The notes under the pieces were generated by a model. The model was not told the origin of the DNA. It was given only the letters and a program-made list of their open reading frames with translations, and ran no database searches. A DNA stretch of 64,000 bases from Proteocatella sp. (GTDB taxonomy: Bacteria; Bacillota; Clostridia; Peptostreptococcales; Filifactoraceae): the NCBI GenBank assembly GCA_041738345.1, contig JBGSPX010000031.1, forward strand, positions 62 through 64,061, given 5' to 3'. This document shows positions 56,557-64,000 of this stretch, in pieces; position 1 is the stretch's first letter, and every line of letters begins with the position of its first letter. The position numbers and the translations under genes are program-made.

Positions 56557-58731
56557 ATGGATTTAGAACTATTGAATAAAGAACAAAAAGAGGCAGTTAT
56601 TACGCTAAATGGACCGCTTCAGATATTAGCAGGAGCAGGTTCAGGAAAAACTAGGGTAATAACCTATAGAATAGCTAATTTAATAGAAAATGGAATATAT
56701 CCAGGAGAAATATTAGCGCTTACCTTTACAAATAAAGCCGCAAGAGAAATGAAAAATAGATTAGAAGAACTTATCCAAAATGATGTAAATTCTATGTGGA
56801 TAGGAACTTTTCACTCTATGTGCCTTAGGATATTAAGAAAATATATAGATAGACTGGGTTATACGAGTAACTTTGTAATTTATGATAGCTATGACCAGAG
56901 TACACTTTTAAAAGAATGTATGAAAGCAGCAAATGTTATATCAGACACAATGAAGCCAGCATACTTTTCATCGGTTATTTCAAGTGCCAAGGATGAGCTT
57001 ATAACGCCACAAAAATATGAAGAAAAATATGCGATAGATACTAAAACTAAATTTGTAGCTAAAGTGTATAAACTATATCAAGCTAAACTAAAAAAGTCAA
57101 ATGCAGTAGATTTTGATGACATAATAGTGCTTACAATAAAACTTCTAAAAGAAAATCAAGATGTGCTTGAGATTTATCAAAATAAATTCAAACACATTCT
57201 AGTAGATGAGTATCAAGATTCAAATCACGCTCAATATATCTTGATAAATCTTTTGTCTCAAAAAAATAGAAATCTTTGCGTGGTAGGAGATGATGATCAG
57301 TCAATATATGGCTGGAGAGGTGCAGATATAAGAAATATACTAGAATTTGAAAAAGATTATAGTGATGCAAAGATAATAAAGTTAGAGCGTAATTACAGGT
57401 CTACAGATAAGATACTTAATGCCGCAAACTCAGTTATAGAGAAAAATCTAGGAAGAAAAGACAAAAAACTATGGACTGATAAAATGAGTGATGTGAAAGT
57501 AGAGATAAAGAAAAGTTATAGTGATAAAGACGAGGCGGTGTTTGTTTCTCAAGAAATAAATAGATTAACAAGTGTTCAAAACTATAAATTCAGTGATATT
57601 GCAATACTTTACAGAACAAACGTACAGTCAAGACTTGTGGAAGAAAACCTATTAAAGAAAAACATTCCATACAATATATATGGGGGACTCAAATTCTATG
57701 ATAGAAAAGAAATAAAGGACCTTTTAGCATATCTTAAGGTGGTAAGTAACCCTACAGATGATATAGCACTAAAACGTATAATAAATGTGCCAAAAAGAGG
57801 AATAGGGGCAAAGACGATTGAAAAGATTCAGTTCAAAGCAGATATTACAGGGGAAGCTCTTTATAGCGCTATGATTGAACTTGACAGTATAGATTTTTCA
57901 GCAAAACTAAAAAGTACCTTAAGAAACTTTGTGATTCTGATAAACTCTTTTAGAACTATGTCTGAAATAATCCCACTATCAGAGCTTATTCAAAAAATAA
58001 TAGATAACTCAAACTATCTTTCAGAACTTGAAAATGAAGGCGAAGTAGAATATCAAACGAGAGTGGATAATATAAACGAATTAATATCAGTAGCTCAAGA
58101 ATATGAAAAGAACAATCCAGAAAAGAAACTTTCAGATTTTCTTACAGAAATATCTCTTAGTAGTGATATAGATAAAATGCAAGATAGCGAAGATATAGTG
58201 AGTCTTATGACAATTCACAGTGCAAAAGGACTTGAATTCCCAGTAGTATTTTTAGTAGGAATGGAAGAGGGCGTATTTCCTATAAATCGTGCGCTAATAA
58301 ACGAATCACAGCTTGAAGAAGAACGAAGACTGTGTTATGTAGGCATGACAAGAGCCGAAGAAAAACTTTATCTAAGCTATGCTACAGAGCGAAATATGTT
58401 TGGAAAGATAACTAATCAAAGAGCCTCAAGATTTTTGGAAGATATTCCGCAAGAGTTATTAAATGGTAAAACTGTAAGCAGCAGAACTAAAGAATTTGAA
58501 GGGTATTCCCTTTACAATAAATACAAAGAAAAATACCGTTTAGAAAGAGCACAGGTAGATACTTCTCCTCAAAAACCAAAAACCGAGTTTGATATAGCAT
58601 CTCAGATAAAACATCCGACCTTTGGCATAGGGAAAATAGTAGCCAAAAACAATGATGTATACACTATAGTTTTTGAAGGAATAGGACTAAAGAAAATAGA
58701 TATAAACTATGTACAGCTTGAAAAAATATAG
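56557..58731 (+). CDS. pcrA: ATP-dependent DNA helicase PcrA (UvrD family)
   Basis: LNKEQKEAV, AGAGSGKT, DEYQD, the downstream SF1 motifs (VGDDDQSIYGWRGA, YRS, TIHSAKGLEF, VGMTRA) and a C-terminal Tudor-like tail. Confidence 0.95.
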   Translation: MDLELLNKEQKEAVITLNGPLQILAGAGSGKTRVITYRIANLIENGIYPGEILALTFTNKAAREMKNRLEELIQNDVNSMWIGTFHSMCLRILRKYIDRLGYTSNFVIYDSYDQSTLLKECMKAANVISDTMKPAYFSSVISSAKDELITPQKYEEKYAIDTKTKFVAKVYKLYQAKLKKSNAVDFDDIIVLTIKLLKENQDVLEIYQNKFKHILVDEYQDSNHAQYILINLLSQKNRNLCVVGDDDQSIYGWRGADIRNILEFEKDYSDAKIIKLERNYRSTDKILNAANSVIEKNLGRKDKKLWTDKMSDVKVEIKKSYSDKDEAVFVSQEINRLTSVQNYKFSDIAILYRTNVQSRLVEENLLKKNIPYNIYGGLKFYDRKEIKDLLAYLKVVSNPTDDIALKRIINVPKRGIGAKTIEKIQFKADITGEALYSAMIELDSIDFSAKLKSTLRNFVILINSFRTMSEIIPLSELIQKIIDNSNYLSELENEGEVEYQTRVDNINELISVAQEYEKNNPEKKLSDFLTEISLSSDIDKMQDSEDIVSLMTIHSAKGLEFPVVFLVGMEEGVFPINRALINESQLEEERRLCYVGMTRAEEKLYLSYATERNMFGKITNQRASRFLEDIPQELLNGKTVSSRTKEFEGYSLYNKYKEKYRLERAQVDTSPQKPKTEFDIASQIKHPTFGIGKIVAKNNDVYTIVFEGIGLKKIDINYVQLEKI

Positions 58732-58739
58732 GGGGACTT

Positions 58740-60014
58740 ATGAATAAGGGAATAAAGGAACTTTTTAATTTTTTAGATAGTGCAAAATCGATATATCATG
58801 TAGTGGATTGTGCCAAAAAATATCTTTTAGAAAATGAGTTTATAGAGCTAGATTTAGAAAAACAATTTGATTTAAAAACAGGCGGAAAGTATTTTGCAGT
58901 TCAAAAAGGGGCAATATTTGCATTTAGGATAGATTCCCTTGAAGATGGCTGCTATATAATCGGTTCCCATACAGATTCGCCATCTATCGCGATAAAAAGC
59001 AATCCCGTTATAAAAGAAAATGACTATATAAAACTAAATACTGAGATTTATGGAGGCCCTATATTAAGCACTTGGTTTGATAGGCCCCTGTCACTTGCAG
59101 GTTGTGTGCATATAGAATCTGGAGATTTTCTAAAACCTGAAATGAAGCTTGTGGATTTTGAAGAAGATATATGCATAATTCCAAATCTAGCAATTCATAT
59201 GAATAGAGATGTAAACAATGGCTTTGCAATAAATAAGCAAAATCATATGATTCCTATAATTTCATTAGAGGGAGAGTCTGTAAACTCAGAATATATACTA
59301 GAAAAAGTAGCAGAAAAATTAAATATTTCAAAAGAAAGCATACTGTCCTATGATTTGCACATTTACGATACCCAAAAAGCATCGCTTGTAGGTTTTAATA
59401 AGGATATGATATCTTCTAAAAAAATAGATAATGTTGCGTTTTTACAAGCATCTCTAAAAGCACTTGTAGAAACAAGTGGACAAAAGGGCATAAAGCTCGT
59501 TGCAGGCTTTGATAGTGAAGAAATTGGAAGCGCTTCTCAAAATGGAGCAGATTCAGATATCTTGAGCAATCTTATAGAACGTATATTATTATCTTTTGGA
59601 AAATCTAGAGAACACTATTTTGAAACCTTAGAAAAGTCATTTATGATTTCTGCGGATATGGCTCATGCAGTACATCCTAATTTTAAAGAAAAATCAGATG
59701 TGACTAATAAGCCTAAGATGAACTGCGGAATAGCTATAAAACAAAGCATAAACAAGAAATACACTTCTGATTCAAAAGGAAGCAGTATTATAATTTCCCT
59801 TTGTAAAAAAGCAGGTATAAAGCATCAGATATTTGCAAATCGCTCAGATGAAGCCGGTGGCTCAACTATAGGGCCAATTTCATCAACACATCTACCTATA
59901 GATGCTGTAGATATAGGAAATCCTATGCTTGCGATGCATTCGATAAGAGAACTTGCAGGCACAAAAGATCATATAGATTCAATCAGCCTATTCAAGACCT
60001 TTTTTGGAATCTAA
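58740..60014 (+). CDS. M18-family aminopeptidase
   Basis: 424 aa. The motifs GSHTDSP, DSEEIGS and MLAMHS are typical of M18/M42 aminopeptidases. Confidence 0.85.
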   Translation: MNKGIKELFNFLDSAKSIYHVVDCAKKYLLENEFIELDLEKQFDLKTGGKYFAVQKGAIFAFRIDSLEDGCYIIGSHTDSPSIAIKSNPVIKENDYIKLNTEIYGGPILSTWFDRPLSLAGCVHIESGDFLKPEMKLVDFEEDICIIPNLAIHMNRDVNNGFAINKQNHMIPIISLEGESVNSEYILEKVAEKLNISKESILSYDLHIYDTQKASLVGFNKDMISSKKIDNVAFLQASLKALVETSGQKGIKLVAGFDSEEIGSASQNGADSDILSNLIERILLSFGKSREHYFETLEKSFMISADMAHAVHPNFKEKSDVTNKPKMNCGIAIKQSINKKYTSDSKGSSIIISLCKKAGIKHQIFANRSDEAGGSTIGPISSTHLPIDAVDIGNPMLAMHSIRELAGTKDHIDSISLFKTFFGI

Positions 60015-60125
60015 TGTTCGGAATATAACGAAATATGAAGGAATATTTATAAAAATTATCAAAAAAATATTTTACTTTTAAAACATATGTAGTATAATGT
60101 TTTAAACAATAAAATCGGAGGAATA

Positions 60126-61406
60126 ATGGAGAACGTTTTCATAGAATATTTAAAAAATAGTTTTGGAATAAGAGAAGAAGTTATCAAAGAAAGTGACATC
60201 GTTGAACAAGAACTTCAAAATTATTTTTTGGATATAGACAAAATAAAAGAATATAACAGTTTAAAAGTTTTGGATGCGATGAGAAAAGCTAGACTAAGTG
60301 ATACTCATTTTGCTTGGAACACTGGATATGGGTATAATGATGCAGGCAGAGAAAAAACTGAAGAAATATTTGCACATATATTTAAAGCAGAGGATGCAAT
60401 TGTAAGACCGATAATAGTAAATGGAACCCATGCACTTACGCTTTGTCTTCAAGGTATATTAAATAGCGAATATGAACTTATTTCAGTATCTTCAAAGCCA
60501 TATGATACCTTAGATAAGGTTATCGGAATATCAGATTCATACCATAGCCTGAAAAATCAAGGCGTTAAATATACTCAGATAGATTTATTATCAGATGGAA
60601 GCTTTGATGTAGAAAGCATAGAAAGTGCTATAAAAAACAGTGACAGAAAAAAGATGGTCTATATTCAGCGTTCAAAAGGCTATAGCCGAAGAAAATCGCT
60701 TATGATAAAGGATATAGAAGAAATCATAGCTTTTGTAAAAAATTTAGACAAAGAAATAATTGTGATGGTAGATAACTGCTATGGCGAATTTATAGAAACA
60801 AGAGAACCTATAGAGGTTGGCGCAGATATAATCGCAGGCTCACTTATCAAAAATCCAGGAGGAGGCCTTGCTATATCAGGTGGCTATATATGCGGAAAAG
60901 CAGATTTAGTAGAGCTTGTGGCAGAAAGAATGACTTCTCCAGGGATTGGAAAAGAATGCGGACTTACCTTTGGAACTACAAGAACACTATTACAAGGCTT
61001 ATTTCTAGCACCGATGATAGTTGCAAATGCAAAAAAAGGTGCCCTTTTCTGTGCAAAGCTATTTGAGAATTTTGGATTTGAAACGTTCCCAAAATATACC
61101 GATGAGAGAAGTGACATAATACAATCAATAGGGCTTAATAGTGAAGCTCAGATAATAGCTTTTTGCAAAGGAATCCAAAAAGCTGCACCCGTAGATTCGT
61201 TTGTATCACCAGAGCCTTGGGAAATGCCAGGGTATGATTCAAAAGTAATAATGGCAGCAGGTGCATTCATACAGGGTTCATCAATAGAACTTAGTGCAGA
61301 TGCGCCAATCAAAGAACCGTATACGGTATACTTCCAAGGTGGGCTTACCTATGAACATTCTAAAATAGGAGCACAGTTAGCTTTAAGCGAAGTATTATCT
61401 AAATAA
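60126..61406 (+). CDS. Methionine gamma-lyase family / aluminium-resistance protein (YnbB-like)
   Basis: 426 aa. The motifs GYGYNDAGR and GSLIKNPGGG (PLP-Lys region) are typical of the YnbB family. The position directly upstream of glutamine synthetase matches Bacillus. Confidence 0.85.
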   Translation: MENVFIEYLKNSFGIREEVIKESDIVEQELQNYFLDIDKIKEYNSLKVLDAMRKARLSDTHFAWNTGYGYNDAGREKTEEIFAHIFKAEDAIVRPIIVNGTHALTLCLQGILNSEYELISVSSKPYDTLDKVIGISDSYHSLKNQGVKYTQIDLLSDGSFDVESIESAIKNSDRKKMVYIQRSKGYSRRKSLMIKDIEEIIAFVKNLDKEIIVMVDNCYGEFIETREPIEVGADIIAGSLIKNPGGGLAISGGYICGKADLVELVAERMTSPGIGKECGLTFGTTRTLLQGLFLAPMIVANAKKGALFCAKLFENFGFETFPKYTDERSDIIQSIGLNSEAQIIAFCKGIQKAAPVDSFVSPEPWEMPGYDSKVIMAAGAFIQGSSIELSADAPIKEPYTVYFQGGLTYEHSKIGAQLALSEVLSK

Positions 61407-61436
61407 ATTAAAATTGAATATGGAAAGGATTAACTT

Positions 61437-63350
61437 ATGAAGTTGGAAAGTGTAAATTTAAGTGAACTTGTTTTTAAAATTGAGAAAAAAGGAAGAAGCA
61501 TAGAGTCAGTGACTCAGATACTGAAACAGCATCCAGAAATTCAGTTTGTATCATATGTAGGGGTAGACTTTGCAGGAAATGGAACTGATGAGAGAATTCC
61601 AGTGAGTCTTTTTGTAGAGGATATGGAAAAACAGCTTAAACTGGGAGTTCAGACAGATGGGTCAAGTGTTGTGCTTCATGGAATAGCTACACTTGAAAAT
61701 GCTAAAGTTATAATACTTCCAGATAGAGATGTGGACTGGTATGTAGACTATAACTATGACAATTTACATCACAATGGAAAATTTGTAGGGACACTAATAG
61801 TGCCATCCTTTCTAATTCATGACAATAAAATGGTATGCTCAAGATCACTTCTAAAAAAATCCGCAGATAGATTTAAAAAGCAAACTATGGAGTATATAGA
61901 AACCAAAGAAGGTTTTAAAGAAGAAGTCGGAATTAATTCAGATGAAAAAATTGAAGATGTAGTTTTAACTTCAGCTACAGAGCTTGAATTCTGGGTAAAA
62001 ACTCCAGAAGATAGAGCGGACGAAGAGAAATTATCAGTATCACAGATGCTAAAAGAGCAATACTGGAAAAGAACAGAAGGCAATGTTAGGACTGCACTTG
62101 AAAAGACACTTGAAATAATGGAATACTATGGTTTTGAACCAGAAATGGGACATAAAGAAGTAGGCGGAATAAAATCTAAAATAAATGTGACAGGCAAGCT
62201 AAACCATGTTATGGAGCAACTTGAAATAGACTGGAAATACAATACAGAGATGCATGCTGCAGATATTGAAGTTATTGTAAGACACCTTATAAAAGATATA
62301 TTCCATAAATATGAGCTTGAAGTTACATTTAGAGCAAAACCGATAGAAGGCGTAGCAGGAAGTGGAAAGCATACTCATATAGGAGTAGCGGCAAAGCTTG
62401 ATTCAGGAAGAACTGTAAATCTATTTACGCATAAAGAACATAAACAGAATTATGCAAGTAGCTTTGCAATAGCAAGTCTTATGGGAATTCTAAAAAATTA
62501 TGAAGTTATAAATCCATTTGTAGCAAACAGCATAGATGCACTAAATAGATTAAAACCTCATTTTGAAGCGCCGATTTGTATAGTTTCATCTCTTGGAAGA
62601 AGCGTAGAAATTCCATCAAGAAACCGTTCTATACTAATAGGACTTATAAGAGATTTAGAATCTCCACTTGCAACTAGATTTGAGCTTAGAGCACCAAACC
62701 CACATTCAAACGTATACCTTATTTTAGCAGCATGCTATCAAGCAATGATAGATGGACTTGTAAATGCAGGTCTAAAAATGAGCTTAGAAGATTTAGTAAA
62801 AGAATTTTCAAAAGAATATGGCGAAGAAGGTTTATATCTAGAAAAGAATAGACAGTATAGAAGTGAAGAAAACGTATTTGATTACTACACTCAAGAAGAA
62901 CGAAATGAAAGATTTGGAATCCCACCAAGTACAGTGTATGATAATCTAAAATCACTTAAAGATAATGATGAAAAAATGGAAGTGCTTAAAGCTGGGAATA
63001 TCTTTACAGATGCTATCTTAACTTCTTACAAAATGTTTGTAGAAGAAAAATGGTTAAATCAGCTAAGCTATAGAATTATAGAAGATAATATGGAAATCGT
63101 AAGAGAAAGTGCAAAAGTTCATACAGAAAACGATATATCTGATTTAGATATAGTAAATTGGACTAAAGTAAATTCACTTAGATGGGAACTTATGAAAGAT
63201 AGCATAGAGAGATTATCTATATTTACTCAAATAAAAGAAGCTATAGATAAAAAAGAATTTGAAGCAATATCTGAATTACAGTTAGAAATGAATGAAAAAG
63301 TATCAGAGCTAAAGCATTTGTATAGCAAGTATAAGAAGAATTTATTTTAA
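61437..63350 (+). CDS. Glutamine synthetase family protein, long (type III-like) form
   Basis: 637 aa. A beta-grasp N-terminal region (VSYVGVDFAGNGTDERIP), catalytic-domain-like motifs MGHKEVGG, GSGKHTHIGV and RFELRAPNP. The subtype was not verified. Confidence 0.75.
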   Translation: MKLESVNLSELVFKIEKKGRSIESVTQILKQHPEIQFVSYVGVDFAGNGTDERIPVSLFVEDMEKQLKLGVQTDGSSVVLHGIATLENAKVIILPDRDVDWYVDYNYDNLHHNGKFVGTLIVPSFLIHDNKMVCSRSLLKKSADRFKKQTMEYIETKEGFKEEVGINSDEKIEDVVLTSATELEFWVKTPEDRADEEKLSVSQMLKEQYWKRTEGNVRTALEKTLEIMEYYGFEPEMGHKEVGGIKSKINVTGKLNHVMEQLEIDWKYNTEMHAADIEVIVRHLIKDIFHKYELEVTFRAKPIEGVAGSGKHTHIGVAAKLDSGRTVNLFTHKEHKQNYASSFAIASLMGILKNYEVINPFVANSIDALNRLKPHFEAPICIVSSLGRSVEIPSRNRSILIGLIRDLESPLATRFELRAPNPHSNVYLILAACYQAMIDGLVNAGLKMSLEDLVKEFSKEYGEEGLYLEKNRQYRSEENVFDYYTQEERNERFGIPPSTVYDNLKSLKDNDEKMEVLKAGNIFTDAILTSYKMFVEEKWLNQLSYRIIEDNMEIVRESAKVHTENDISDLDIVNWTKVNSLRWELMKDSIERLSIFTQIKEAIDKKEFEAISELQLEMNEKVSELKHLYSKYKKNLF

Positions 63351-63358
63351 ATTTAGAC

Positions 63359-63387
63359 TTGATTTTTATTAAATGGTGTGTTAGAAT
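63359..63387 (+). promoter_or_regulatory. Candidate sigma-A promoter for tRNA-Leu
   Basis: TTGATT (63359-63364), 17-nt spacer, TGtTAGAAT (extended -10, ending at 63387). Confidence 0.45.
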
Positions 63388-63417
63388 ATTCAAGTAGCAA
63401 AAAAGACATTCTAACAC

Positions 63418-63503
63418 GCCGATGTGGCGGAATGGCAGACGCAGCGGACTCAAAATCCGCCGCCCTCAAAAGCGTGTGGGTTCGAGTCCCACCATCGGCA
63501 CCA
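63418..63503 (+). tRNA. tRNA-Leu (anticodon CAA), type II with long variable arm, CCA encoded
   Basis: The cloverleaf folds by hand. Acceptor GCCGATG/CATCGGC, D-arm GCG/CGC, anticodon stem GCGGA/TCCGC with loop CT-CAA-AA, a 15-nt variable arm, T-arm GTGGG-TTCGAGT-CCCAC, then ACCA. Confidence 0.95.
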
Positions 63504-63532
63504 ATAAAGAAGTATTGTATTGATACAATCCT

Positions 63533-63559
63533 AAAGCCCTTGATTTCAGGGGCTTTTTT
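63533..63559 (+). terminator. Rho-independent terminator after the tRNA
   Basis: AAAGCCC / GGGCTTT stem followed by a T-run. Confidence 0.6.
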
Positions 63560-63794
63560 GTATGCACCCAAATGCACCCAGCTGGGAAAATTCCCAAAAT
63601 CTGAATTTTAAATCTATCTCGAATATATACTAATTATTCCCTATATAAGTTATTAAGCGTAATAACTTATATAAGCCAAATTAAAAAGCAGGAGGTGCTA
63701 GGGGAGTAGCCGTAACTATTAAAGTTGCAATAATTTCAAATATCAGCTATAATTTAGCTAATAAAATAAATATTATAAAAAGGGGAACATACCT

Positions 63795-64000
63795 ATGAAA
63801 CTAAAAAAAGTAAGTGCCATAACATTAGCAGCTATTACAGCTATGACACCTATAAGTGCTATGGCATACACAGATGCTCAAGTAAAGGAATTTCAATCAG
63901 GAGAAGTTTTAGAAAGTAAACTTAAGTTTAATGCAAATGATGCTGTAGATATATATCTAAACGGTAAAAAGGCGAACTTATCAAATCCAGCTTATGTATC
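63795..64000 (+). CDS. Secreted protein, 5' part only (copper-amine-oxidase N-terminal-domain-like beginning); continues beyond the window
   Basis: RBS AAAGGGG. Signal peptide MKLKKVSAITLAAITAMTPISAMA/YT. VDIYLNGKKANLSNPAYV resembles the stalk-domain repeat. No stop is reached before the window ends. Confidence 0.55.
   Translation, partial: MKLKKVSAITLAAITAMTPISAMAYTDAQVKEFQSGEVLESKLKFNANDAVDIYLNGKKANLSNPAYV

Noticed and set aside
60015-60125. A GlnR/TnrA box upstream of ynbB (for example TGTTCGGAATATAACGA at about 60016-60032).
   Set aside because: It does not satisfy TGTNA-N7-TNACA, because the right half-site is AACGA. Only the different palindrome around the -10 is reported as a finding.
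63353-63611. Two ORFs (63353-63577 minus strand, 63378-63611 plus strand) covering the tRNA region.
   Set aside because: The sequence folds into a perfect type II tRNA-Leu cloverleaf with a terminator. The ORFs are artefacts of translating a structured RNA gene.
1-64000. CRISPR arrays, rRNA genes, prophage or defence islands (restriction, toxin-antitoxin, CBASS, retron-like and similar).
   Set aside because: I saw no regularly spaced direct repeats, no rRNA-like conserved segments, and no integrase, phage structural or typical defence domain proteins. The only mobile-element signature is the TnpB element at the left edge.

Overview
This is an AT-rich, Clostridia-type (Firmicutes) chromosomal segment. 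About 65 genes are present and almost all are on the + strand, consistent with leading-strand placement. All calls come from reading the sequence and the ORF translations; no database search was run. RNA and regulatory element coordinates are approximate (about +/-10 nt).

Most of the window is core housekeeping:
- Aminoacyl-tRNA synthetases: T-box-controlled argS and alaS.
- Protein quality control: tig-clpP-clpX-lon-engB.
- Fe-S assembly: Rrf2 regulator-nifS-nifU.
- The alaS-ireB-ruvX-DUF1292-fur block.
- RNA turnover and chromosome segregation: rnj, scpA, scpB.
- A radical-SAM / DUF2344 / RNase E-G cluster.
- asnA, pcrA, a ynbB-glutamine synthetase pair, and tRNA-Leu(CAA).
- Membrane and ion functions: nfeD-floA and the csoR-copA copper efflux genes.

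The first ~16 kb looks more accessory:
- The 3' part of an IS200/IS605-family element carries an intact-looking TnpB C-terminal region (all three RuvC motifs) and a putative omega-RNA region. It abuts a probably 5'-truncated HgdB/double-cubane-cluster-type gene.
- A C_GCAxxG_C_C / DUF134 gene pair follows.
- Next is an amidohydrolase-flavodoxin-thiD-nitroreductase operon.
- A sigma-54-dependent locus encodes 3-hydroxybutyrate dehydrogenase, a GntP permease and a 3-hydroxyacyl dehydrogenase, with a clear -24/-12 promoter.
- An ECF S-component is paired with an aminotransferase.
- A secreted HExxH protein is also present.

The two observations I consider most worth follow-up:
1. A textbook cobalamin riboswitch on the minus strand appears to control only an orphan 143-aa soluble protein of unknown family.
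2. A family-1 uracil-DNA glycosylase carries an unrecognisable 274-aa N-terminal extension and a Leu-to-Phe change in the intercalation loop.

I found no CRISPR array, no rRNA and no obvious defence island.
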